In this document: positions 20,016 through 27,708 of the stretch, one piece after another
Numbering within the stretch: the stretch's first letter is position 1
Layout: the number at the start of each line of letters is the position of its first letter
Source of the DNA: an uncultured Aquificales bacterium
GTDB taxonomy: Bacteria > Aquificota > Aquificia > Aquificales > Hydrogenothermaceae
DNA length: 52,180 nucleotides
Assembly: GCA_964582875.1 (NCBI GenBank)
Contig: CAZOTZ010000003.1
Location: forward strand, 1-52,180
Direction: 5' to 3'
Notes under the pieces: generated by a model
Databases searched by the model: none
Seen by the model: only the letters and a program-made list of their open reading frames with translations
What the model was told of the DNA's origin: nothing
Translations under genes and position numbers: made by a program

Positions 20016-20818
20016 TTTACCTCCTGATAACTTTTTTTGTATGATTTTTGTACCTTTTTTTCTTTAGCTTCTTTAAGTTTTTCTTCTACTTCTTTTATCC
20101 AGTAATCTCTCCTTATTACTTCATCCTGGGTTTCTTTATGTAAAAGCTCAAAATTATGAAATTTTGTTCTATTTCTGTCGTAATCGTCAACTATCCTGTA
20201 AGATGGGAAAAACCTTACTATCTGCTTAAACCCAAAAAAGTTTATATCGTATCTGTATATGAGTTTTTCCTCCTCTGGTGTTAAATCTGAGTTTGATATA
20301 ATCCAGATACTATTACATCTATATTTGTCTTTTCCTTTTTCAAGGGATTTCAAGTATTTTTCATCAATTTTTTTTATCTGGGTATAATCAATAAAATCAA
20401 CGCATATCTTTTTTGTATCAGTCTGTATCAGAAGGTCAATGTTATGGTCTTTAAAAATAGGAGGCTCATCTGTTTTGAAACCTAATATATGGAACATTAC
20501 TGTAAATGTTCTTTCAAAATCTGTTCCTTTAAGCTCTTTCAAAAATTTTTTATCTTCTTCTGTCCATACGTAATTTTTTATGTTCTTTTTTATTTCATGC
20601 CATTCTTTCTCAGCCTCTTCCATCAGCTTTTTAAAATGCTCAGCTTTTTCTTTGTACTCCTGTTTTTCCTTTTTAAACTTTTCCCTATAAGCCTCAAGCA
20701 TAGGTATAAGCTGTTTTTCTTTTTTATGCTTTTCTTCCTTATATCTCAAATAGGCGTAATATCCTACTATTGAAAAGATTATTGAAACTAAAGCTATATC
20801 TACAATATCAAAGTTCAT
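20012..20818 (-). CDS. Membrane-anchored coiled-coil protein with a C-terminal Mrr_cat-like (PD-(D/E)xK restriction-endonuclease fold) domain
   Basis: N-terminal TM IVDIALVSIIFSIVGYYAYL, then a ~70-aa K/E-rich helix. Next comes FERTFTVMFHILGFKT...DHNIDLLIQTDTKKICVDFIDYTQIKK...IWIISNSDLTPEEEKL, which matches the Mrr_cat layout (FE..f..ll..lGf ... D.iDl ... V(Q/D).K ... vvt). This assignment comes from by-eye pattern recognition only. Confidence 0.55.
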   Translation of the reverse strand: MNFDIVDIALVSIIFSIVGYYAYLRYKEEKHKKEKQLIPMLEAYREKFKKEKQEYKEKAEHFKKLMEEAEKEWHEIKKNIKNYVWTEEDKKFLKELKGTDFERTFTVMFHILGFKTDEPPIFKDHNIDLLIQTDTKKICVDFIDYTQIKKIDEKYLKSLEKGKDKYRCNSIWIISNSDLTPEEEKLIYRYDINFFGFKQIVRFFPSYRIVDDYDRNRTKFHNFELLHKETQDEVIRRDYWIKEVEEKLKEAKEKKVQKSYKKSYQEVK

Positions 20819-21374
20819 TTAGCAGCTCCTGAAGGGCTTTTTTGTACTCTTTATATGTGTCTTCTGTAAATAAAACAAATCTCACTTCCTTAATATGATT
20901 TTCCTTATTTAGGAAATCTATAACTGCCTTCAGTGCTGCTTTTGCTGACTTATATACAGGGCATCCATAAGCACCAGTGCTTATAGATGGAAAAGCAACT
21001 GTTTTTATATTTTTTTCTTTAGCAATTCTCAGGCTGTTTGTATAAGCTTTTTTTAAGAGCTCTTTTTTTTCTTCTGTTAGCTTTTTTTCATAGCATATTG
21101 GTCCAACTGTATGTATGACGTATTTGGCTTTGAGATTTCCTCCTGTGGTGATAACAGCTTCTCCTGTAGGTAGTCCATTTGGATACATATTTTTTCTTAT
21201 TTCTTTACACTCTTTGAGTATCTCAGGTCCTCCCTTTGAGTGGATTGCACCATCTACACCTCCACCTCCCATTAAAGAAGAATTAGCAGCGTTAACAATA
21301 GCTTCTGTATCTTCTTCTGTTATATCACCTATTTTTAAAACAAGCTTTGCGTTATTTATTCTTACTGTCTCCAT
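20808..21374 (-). CDS. Macro domain protein (YmdB/Af1521-like O-acetyl-ADP-ribose deacetylase / ADP-ribose binding)
   Basis: GDITEEDTEAIVNAANSSLMGGGGVDGAIHSKGGPEI and VAFPSISTGAYGCP are canonical macro domain motifs; 188 aa. Confidence 0.92.
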   Translation of the reverse strand: METVRINNAKLVLKIGDITEEDTEAIVNAANSSLMGGGGVDGAIHSKGGPEILKECKEIRKNMYPNGLPTGEAVITTGGNLKAKYVIHTVGPICYEKKLTEEKKELLKKAYTNSLRIAKEKNIKTVAFPSISTGAYGCPVYKSAKAALKAVIDFLNKENHIKEVRFVLFTEDTYKEYKKALQELLNEL

Positions 21375-21447
21375 CTTTCCTTATTCAGTTTTTCTTTTTA
21401 TAAAATTATAATGTTATGTCTAAAATTTTCATAACGGCGGTTTAGAT

Positions 21448-22530
21448 ATGGAAATACTTGATTTTTTTTCCCTTGAGGATTTTAAGGAATCAATACCGTT
21501 TACGGCGATAGGGGCAAGAACCTGTTACTCTTCAGGAGACCTTGAATATCTTCTGAATGACCCAAGGGTTGTAAGCAAAGAGGACAGAGCAAAATTTTTA
21601 TCAAAGCTTGGAAACTATAAACATTTCAGTGTTTTTGGGCATTCTTTTGCTTATAAAGACTTATCAAAGGAAGATGAAGAAAAGCTAAATAAACATTTAG
21701 ATGTTTCTTTTCATACTTTAGATAAAAAAGAAAAAGCAAAAATCCTTGCTATGAAGATAGCATCTACACATTTTAAATCTCACTATAATCCTGAATATCC
21801 AACAGTTATTGGTATTTCTTTAAGACACTACCTTGAGAAACTCCTTGAGAAAGATGAGGAAGAGTACTTTAAAACATTTGAAAAAATGGCTGATTATGAT
21901 GTTCCAGTAAAACCGTTAGGAAAAGAAGGGAATACTACGTTAATTGGTCTTTTGAAAGAGTACGATGGGTATGCTGTATTTTATATAGATAACGTTTCAA
22001 GAACTATGACCCATCAACTTGTAAGACACACAGCCTTAAATTACTCCCAGAGGAGTCAGAGGTACGTTAAAGAAGATGAAAACCTTCTTATTATTCCTCC
22101 TTCTGTAGATGGGGCTTCATGTGAAATACTTTCCGAACCTATGGTTAGAGGATTTAAAGAGATTTTAAATACAATGTACACTCTTATAGAAGAATCAGAT
22201 GCTAAAGAAAACCTAAAAAGTAAAGCTCTACAGAGAATAAGGGGTTTCATTGAAACTGCTCCTTTAAAAACAAATCTAAAAGATATATTCCTTTATGTAG
22301 ACCAGGTAGCTGAAGCTGTTTATGATTACTCAGTTTACTGCTGTAAGGTAAAAAGGGAGGATGCAAGATTTATACTCCCCCACGGTAGGAAAACAACAAT
22401 TGTGGTATCTGGTACACTTACATGGATAAAAGACTTTATAAAGAAAAGAACAGACAGTCATGCCCAGTGGGAAATCAGGAATGTAGCTAACCAGATGAAA
22501 AATCTCCTTGAAAAAGAAGGAATTTTCTAA
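21448..22530 (+). CDS. thyX: FAD-dependent thymidylate synthase ThyX, atypically long (360 aa)
   Basis: SRTMTHQLVRHTALNYSQRSQRY aligns to the ThyX motif RHRxxSxxxxSxRY. ARFILP and RTDSHAQWEIR match conserved C-terminal ThyX blocks. Confidence 0.8.
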   Translation: MEILDFFSLEDFKESIPFTAIGARTCYSSGDLEYLLNDPRVVSKEDRAKFLSKLGNYKHFSVFGHSFAYKDLSKEDEEKLNKHLDVSFHTLDKKEKAKILAMKIASTHFKSHYNPEYPTVIGISLRHYLEKLLEKDEEEYFKTFEKMADYDVPVKPLGKEGNTTLIGLLKEYDGYAVFYIDNVSRTMTHQLVRHTALNYSQRSQRYVKEDENLLIIPPSVDGASCEILSEPMVRGFKEILNTMYTLIEESDAKENLKSKALQRIRGFIETAPLKTNLKDIFLYVDQVAEAVYDYSVYCCKVKREDARFILPHGRKTTIVVSGTLTWIKDFIKKRTDSHAQWEIRNVANQMKNLLEKEGIF

Positions 22531-22534
22531 AGTA

Positions 22535-24121
22535 ATGTTAAAAAGAAAAATAAAACTGATAAAAAGATTTAAAGAGATAAGTACTACTTTATCTGGGCTT
22601 GGATTTTACAATGCCTATGAGTACTTTAAGGCTCTATTTGGTATTGAGATAGACGAATCAAAAAAACCCCAAAAAATAAGGGAAGCCTTAGAAAAGCTTG
22701 GACCTTCCTTTATAAAACTTGGACAGGTTTTAAGTACAAGACCCGACCTTGTTCCCCAGAGTGTTATTCAGGAGCTTATAAAACTCCAGGACAGGGTAGC
22801 TCCTGTGGAGTTTGAGATTGTTGAAGATATCCTGAAGAAAAACTATGGGAATAAACTTTACGAGATTTTTTCCTACATTGACCCAAAGCCTTTAGCTTCT
22901 GCGTCTATATCACAGGTTCATATTGGTTATTTATCAACTGGAGAAAAGGTTGCAGTTAAAGTTAGAAGACCAAATCTAAGGGAAATGATAGAGCTTGACG
23001 CTGAACTTATGCTTTCAATTGTTAGTTTTCTTGAGAGACATTCAAAAACAGTTAAAGAGTTCAATATAAAAGGTGTTATTTACCAGTTCAAAAGAACAAC
23101 TTTAAACGAAGCTGATTTTGAGATAGAAGCCCAAAATATAAAAATATTCAGGGAGAACTTTAAGGACTACCCTGACTTTTATGTCCCAAAATGTTATGAA
23201 GAGATTTCAAGTAGCGAAGTACTGATAACAGAATTTATTGAAGGGACAAAAATATCAGATATTGATACATTAAAAGAAAAAGGTTTTAACCTTAAGGTTC
23301 TTGCAGAAAAACTAACAGATGCTTACTTCAAAATGGTTTTCAAAGATGGAATTTATCACGCTGACCCACATCCAGGAAATCTTTTTATTATGGAAGATGG
23401 CAAGATATGTGCAGTTGATTATGGGATGGTAGGTTATCTTTCTAAAACAAAAAAAAGGTACTTCTTTGATTATATAGTTGCTGTCACAACACTTGATATA
23501 AATCTTGCCCTTCAATTTTATGAAGGATTTAACATGTTTACCCCTTACACAGATTTTTCAAATTTTGAATCTGACCTTCAGTTTTTCTTAGAAAAGTACC
23601 ACAATAAAAAACTTGAAGAGATAGACCTTAAGGAAATGATACTTGACATTATAGAGTTTGTTAGAACAAATAGACTTAAGCTTCCTACAGATGTAGCTTA
23701 TTTAGGGAAAGCTGCAATAAACCTTGAAGGAACAGTTAGAAATTTAGACCCGTCTTTTAATCCTACCCAGCGTTTGAAGAAATTTGTTACTTTATCCACT
23801 AAAGATTATATTGTAGAGAAGTTAGGTGAGGTAAGAGACTCTTTAGAACTTGCATTTTACTCAATTTTTAAACTGGAAAACGCTTATAGACTTCTTGTAA
23901 GGGAAAGGATAACATTTCAGATAGTCCTTAAAGACATAGAAGAACTTCAGGAGCATTTTAAAAATCAAATTCATAAAGTAGTCTACGCTATTCTTTTTAT
24001 TGGTTTCGTTATTTCAACACCTTTATTTAAATACACAAATATGGACACAGCAAAAGACATCTCTTTACTTCTCTCTATAATTTTTGGATTTTTAACTGTT
24101 TTTAAGATACTAAGGTATTAA
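22535..24121 (+). CDS. ABC1/UbiB-family atypical kinase with C-terminal TM helices. An alternative TTG start lies at 22508.
   Basis: LGPSFIKLGQVLSTRPDLVP, PLASASISQVH, VAVKVRRP and ADPHPGNLF are ABC1/AarF family motifs. ATG 22535 is preceded by AAGAAGGAA. Confidence 0.88.
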   Translation: MLKRKIKLIKRFKEISTTLSGLGFYNAYEYFKALFGIEIDESKKPQKIREALEKLGPSFIKLGQVLSTRPDLVPQSVIQELIKLQDRVAPVEFEIVEDILKKNYGNKLYEIFSYIDPKPLASASISQVHIGYLSTGEKVAVKVRRPNLREMIELDAELMLSIVSFLERHSKTVKEFNIKGVIYQFKRTTLNEADFEIEAQNIKIFRENFKDYPDFYVPKCYEEISSSEVLITEFIEGTKISDIDTLKEKGFNLKVLAEKLTDAYFKMVFKDGIYHADPHPGNLFIMEDGKICAVDYGMVGYLSKTKKRYFFDYIVAVTTLDINLALQFYEGFNMFTPYTDFSNFESDLQFFLEKYHNKKLEEIDLKEMILDIIEFVRTNRLKLPTDVAYLGKAAINLEGTVRNLDPSFNPTQRLKKFVTLSTKDYIVEKLGEVRDSLELAFYSIFKLENAYRLLVRERITFQIVLKDIEELQEHFKNQIHKVVYAILFIGFVISTPLFKYTNMDTAKDISLLLSIIFGFLTVFKILRY

Positions 24122-24169
24122 GCCTTCACAAAAATTTCACATAGATAAACTTAGACTATATCCTGACTT

Positions 24170-24262
24170 AAAAAGGTGAAAACGTTCCCGAGCAGCGCCA
24201 ATGTTTTCTCCTAAAACCTCCTCCCCTTTTCTGCTCCCTTTTTGGGAGCCTTTTTATTTTTG
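24170..24262 (+). ncRNA. Candidate small RNA or structured 3' UTR: hairpin, then a CCUCCUCCCC single strand, then an intrinsic terminator
   Basis: A 12-bp stem pairs 24175..24186 with 24200..24211 (one mismatch, one G-U) around a 13-nt loop. CCTCCTCCCC lies at 24217..24226. The terminator is GCTCCC-TTTTT-GGGAGC followed by CTTTTTATTTTT. The region is non-coding in all frames. Confidence 0.25.
24233..24262 (+). terminator. Intrinsic terminator between convergent ubiB-like and aroE genes
   Basis: GCTCCC-TTTTT-GGGAGC followed by a T-rich tract. Confidence 0.8.
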
Positions 24263-25105
24263 TAGTATTTCTTTCATAACTTCTACAGGTGCATCTTTAC
24301 CTGTCCATATCTCAAAGGCTTTAGCTCCCTGATAAAGAAGCATTGGGAGCCCGTCTTGCCAGAGGCAGCCTTTCTCCTCAGCCTTTTTTAACAAAGGTGT
24401 CTTCCTGTATATTATATCAACAATTATGTGTTTTTTCATAATTTTTTCATAATCAAATAATGGAGGGTCTTCTTCTTTCAGACCTACAGATGTTGTATTT
24501 ACTATAACGTCTACATTTTTAAGATTTTTCTCAATATCTGATAGAGGTATAGGTATAAAAAAGTCTTCTATTAATCTGTTTAAAGAGCTGAAATCTTCTA
24601 TTATTTTATAAACCCTCTCTAAGGTTCTGTTTGCAATGAAGACTTTTTTTGCTCCTTCTTTTAGTAGTCCATAAAGCACTGCCCTTGAAGCTCCCCCTGC
24701 TCCAATAACAAGAAATCTAAGTTCAGAGATTTCTTGTTTTGCTTTTGAGAGAAGCTCTTTTAATCCGGTTATAAAACCGTAAGAATCAGTATTATATGCA
24801 ATTAGATAACCATCTATATTTTTTATAGTGTTTGCAGCACCTATGTATTTAACTTCCTCTGAAATCTCATTAACGTATTTAATAACTTCTTCTTTATGGG
24901 GAACAGTTATATTAACACCTTTTATAGATAAAGCTTTTATTCCTTCTACTGCTTTCTTTAAATCTTCAGGTTTAACATGAAAGGGAACATAGACAGCATT
25001 TATTCCAAGGGATTTAAAAGCTTCTGTTTGAAATGTAGGGGATTTTGAGTGTTTTACAGGATAACCAATAATACCGTATACCTGTGTTTCTCCGTTTAGT
25101 AGCAT
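24254..25105 (-). CDS. aroE: Shikimate dehydrogenase
   Basis: GIIGYPVKHSKSP, NITVPHK, NTD and GAGGASRAV (NADP Rossmann); 283 aa. Confidence 0.93.
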   Translation of the reverse strand: MLLNGETQVYGIIGYPVKHSKSPTFQTEAFKSLGINAVYVPFHVKPEDLKKAVEGIKALSIKGVNITVPHKEEVIKYVNEISEEVKYIGAANTIKNIDGYLIAYNTDSYGFITGLKELLSKAKQEISELRFLVIGAGGASRAVLYGLLKEGAKKVFIANRTLERVYKIIEDFSSLNRLIEDFFIPIPLSDIEKNLKNVDVIVNTTSVGLKEEDPPLFDYEKIMKKHIIVDIIYRKTPLLKKAEEKGCLWQDGLPMLLYQGAKAFEIWTGKDAPVEVMKEILQK

Positions 25106-25106
25106 C

Positions 25107-25382
25107 TTATCCTGTTATACTTGGGTGGAGTTCAAATTTTTTCTGTCCTATGTACACTGTTTTAACCCATGGAAGCATCTGTTTAATCATAACAATAATA
25201 ACATCTTTCATTGTTATGTCTGGTACCGGACATGTACTGCACTCACCAAGGAGTTCTAAATAAACATCGTTATCTTTAACCGCTACAAGCTTTATATCCC
25301 CTTTATCTGCTGCTAAAGCAGGTCTGATTTTCTCCAAGACTTCCTCAACTTCATGTTCTTTAGACCTGATATTTTCCACCAT
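25107..25382 (-). CDS. Nfu/NifU C-terminal-domain Fe-S cluster carrier
   Basis: VEEVLEKIRPALAADKGDIKLVAV...LELLGECSTCP matches the NifU C-terminal CxxC domain; 91 aa. Confidence 0.85.
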   Translation of the reverse strand: MVENIRSKEHEVEEVLEKIRPALAADKGDIKLVAVKDNDVYLELLGECSTCPVPDITMKDVIIVMIKQMLPWVKTVYIGQKKFELHPSITG

Positions 25383-25393
25383 AATAAACCTCT

Positions 25394-25642
25394 TTATGAG
25401 ATATTTACATTATAAATATTCTTTTCTTCTACAAGTTTTTTTAGCTCTTCAAAGAACTCTTTTCTTTTTTCTTCTGGGATTTCTAAAACTGTGAAAGCAC
25501 CTTTTATTGTAAGTCTCTGCAAAGCTATATCTTCTATCCTGTTTTCATAGAAATAACTAAAGTATTTTTTTACAACTGCTTCACTTTCTGGAAGTTCCTC
25601 TAAAAGATGGAAAACTTTTGTTTCCTCGTTTATTTTGAGCAT
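25394..25642 (-). CDS. Small DUF1858-like protein, Cys-less
   Basis: 82 aa. INEETKVFHLLEELPESEAVVKKYF resembles the DUF1858/ScdA N-terminal pattern but lacks the usual Cys pair. It is tightly packed in the operon. Confidence 0.45.
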   Translation of the reverse strand: MLKINEETKVFHLLEELPESEAVVKKYFSYFYENRIEDIALQRLTIKGAFTVLEIPEEKRKEFFEELKKLVEEKNIYNVNIS

Positions 25643-25648
25643 CTTACC

Positions 25649-25906
25649 CTAATCCTGAGTTTTTTTTACGTAAAATACAAGAACCCCATCTTCTTCTTTG
25701 TATCCTAAAAATTCATTCCCTGTGGTTTCGCACCATGCAGGAACATCCTGTATTGCACCTTCATCGTCTGCAAGCAGTTCAACAACCTGTCCTTTTTTTG
25801 CCTGTTTCATTACTTTAGCAAGTTCTGTTATAGGTATAGGACAGAATGTACCTGTTGCATCATGTGTTATATCTGGTTTTATGTTATTTAAATCTACTGC
25901 CATCAT
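25649..25906 (-). CDS. tusA: TusA/SirA-family sulfur carrier protein
   Basis: DATGTFCPIPITELAKVMKQAKKGQVVELLADDEGAIQDVPAWCETTGNEF carries the CP-x-P active-site motif and TusA layout. It overlaps the upstream gene by 4 nt. Confidence 0.88.
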   Translation of the reverse strand: MMAVDLNNIKPDITHDATGTFCPIPITELAKVMKQAKKGQVVELLADDEGAIQDVPAWCETTGNEFLGYKEEDGVLVFYVKKTQD

Positions 25907-26964
25907 ATCCTCCAGTTTTCAAGTAATGTTTCTTCTGGTTTTTTCCCTAAAATTATACCTTCTTTACTTTCAGTTAGTAAATCTGTCTCAGGAGAGGTGT
26001 ACTTTATATTTATTTTACCTTCTTCATCTGTTTTACAGTACCTTGCCACAATGTTTGCTATCTGTTTTATCTCTTCTTCTGTTAAAGGTCTATCTTCAAT
26101 AGGTTTTGCTATTGCTACAGCTCCTTTTCCTATAGGCTCAAAATACCAGTAGTTTTTCCTAAGTCCTTTTATAAAATTACCTTCTCCTTCATTCCTTGAA
26201 ACAATAACTTTTGTTCCAGTATCAAGCCTGAAGTGTCTTCCTACCGTCAAAAGATAAAGGTCATCTCTTGTTATAAATCCCTGTATTGATACAGCTTCTT
26301 TATATTTTCTTGCAAAATTTTCGTCTGTTAGATAACAGCATCCACCAGCAGGCTGTTCAAACTCATCTATTCCAAGTTCTTTTGCAAGCTGGAGTTGTCT
26401 TTTTCTGCTCCTACCAACTATTCCTTCAAGTTTGTTCCTGTCTATCCAGCCCTTTTCTTCAGGAATTGTTGGAGGTAAAACCTTGGCAGATAAAGGTTTA
26501 ACAACGAGACCTTCAACACCGGCTTCCCTTTCTATTATTTTCATAGCTTTTAGGTGCTGACTCATAGGTCTTTGATTAAGTACTTCACCGGAAACTATAA
26601 AATGGGCTCCTTCCCTTTCCATTATCTCTTTTGCTTTCTTATACATAAAAGCTCTACAGTCTATACATGGATTTATGTTAGCACCGTATCCGTATTTAGG
26701 ATTTTGAATAATATCAAAGTACTCATCTGATATATCAACAATTTCAAGTTTAAAACCGTATTTAGCTGCGTATTTTAAAGCAGGGTTCATGTAATGGGTT
26801 CCATCAGGTTTTTTTTCGCCGCGTCTTCTTTTTGTTTCTGTTATACAGAAACCTGTATAAAAATGAACTGCAAGTACATCTATTCCTTGATTCTGTACAA
26901 GCTTAATAGCTAATGTACTATCAAGACCTCCAGAATATAAAGCTACAGCTTTTATTTTTTTCAT
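25903..26964 (-). CDS. PP-loop ATP pyrophosphatase, ThiI/MnmA-like thiolation enzyme lacking THUMP and rhodanese domains
   Basis: ALYSGGLDSTLA (SGGxDS PP-loop), NPCIDCRAFMYKKAKE...FIVSGEVLNQRPMSQH (ThiI-like) and a second Cys pair PAGGCCYLTD; 353 aa. Confidence 0.75.
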   Translation of the reverse strand: MKKIKAVALYSGGLDSTLAIKLVQNQGIDVLAVHFYTGFCITETKRRRGEKKPDGTHYMNPALKYAAKYGFKLEIVDISDEYFDIIQNPKYGYGANINPCIDCRAFMYKKAKEIMEREGAHFIVSGEVLNQRPMSQHLKAMKIIEREAGVEGLVVKPLSAKVLPPTIPEEKGWIDRNKLEGIVGRSRKRQLQLAKELGIDEFEQPAGGCCYLTDENFARKYKEAVSIQGFITRDDLYLLTVGRHFRLDTGTKVIVSRNEGEGNFIKGLRKNYWYFEPIGKGAVAIAKPIEDRPLTEEEIKQIANIVARYCKTDEEGKINIKYTSPETDLLTESKEGIILGKKPEETLLENWRI

Positions 26965-26995
26965 CTGACCTTCGCTTCTGTTTTTATTAAGATAA

Positions 26996-27026
26996 AGAAA
27001 GGGCTTTAAAAGCCCTTTCTTTTTTA
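26996..27026 (-). terminator. Hairpin between iscU and the PP-loop gene
   Basis: Perfect palindrome AGAAAGGGCTTT-A-AAAGCCCTTTCT. The U-tract on the minus strand is weak (TTTATCTT). Confidence 0.45.
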
Positions 27027-27482
27027 TCCTACATGTTCTAAATCAAGACCTTCTTCTTCCTCTTCTTCTATACAGTCAGGTATTTTATTAGCTTCTTCAA
27101 CTCTTCCTTGTTTTAATAGGTAGTCTTTTATAGCAACGTGTAGTGTTTCCAGACCAAGGTTAGTACAGTGTATTTTTTGTGGGGGAAGTCCTCCAAGTTC
27201 CTCAAAAATCTCTTTGTATGTGAGATTTAAAGCGTAATCTATAGGTTTTCCTTTTACCATTTCTGTCAGTACAGAAGAAACTGCAATTGCAGAACCACAA
27301 CCAAATGTTTTAAACTTAACGTCCTCTATAACATCGTTTTCTTTGTTTACTTTTATAGTAAAAAGCATTGCATCTCCACAAGATGGGTTTCCACACTGTC
27401 CATATCCATCTGGATTAGGTATTTCCCCAAGGTTTCTTGGGTTCATGAAGTGGTCCATTACTTTTTCTGTGTATTCAAACAT
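27024..27482 (-). CDS. iscU: IscU/NifU-N-type Fe-S cluster scaffold with an acidic C-terminal tail. The start was chosen at ATG 27482.
   Basis: NPRNLGEI..GQCGNPSCGDAM, FKTFGCGSAIAVSS and IHCTNLG are the three-Cys scaffold motifs. ATG 27482 is preceded by AAGGAGG at ideal spacing. The upstream extension to 27545 has no RBS. Confidence 0.9.
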   Translation of the reverse strand: MFEYTEKVMDHFMNPRNLGEIPNPDGYGQCGNPSCGDAMLFTIKVNKENDVIEDVKFKTFGCGSAIAVSSVLTEMVKGKPIDYALNLTYKEIFEELGGLPPQKIHCTNLGLETLHVAIKDYLLKQGRVEEANKIPDCIEEEEEEGLDLEHVG

Positions 27483-27646
27483 CTTAATAACCTCCTTAGG
27501 CTGTTTTGTACTGCCTAATTTATATTTCACTAACTTTTTACTCAATGAGTAATATCATATCAAGATTTTACAGTAAGTTGAGGCAAAATCTCTATTTTTT
27601 TTTACTTACCATTAATATAAATCCTTTATAAATCGCAATTTTCATA

Positions 27647-27664
27647 TTTGATTAAGAAATCAAA
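27647..27664. promoter_or_regulatory. 18-bp palindrome resembling an ARG box, 45 nt upstream of argF
   Basis: TTTGATT-AAGA-AATCAAA compared with the E. coli ARG box TNTGAATWWWWATTCANW. Most specified positions match by eye. Confidence 0.35.
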
Positions 27665-27708
27665 CAATGTTATATTTTTTCTTTACAAAATAAGGAGGAG
27701 GATATTAG

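Noticed and set aside
25698-26102. 134-aa + strand ORF spanning the tusA / PP-loop gene junction
   Set aside because: It is antisense to two tightly coupled, motif-supported genes and has no RBS.
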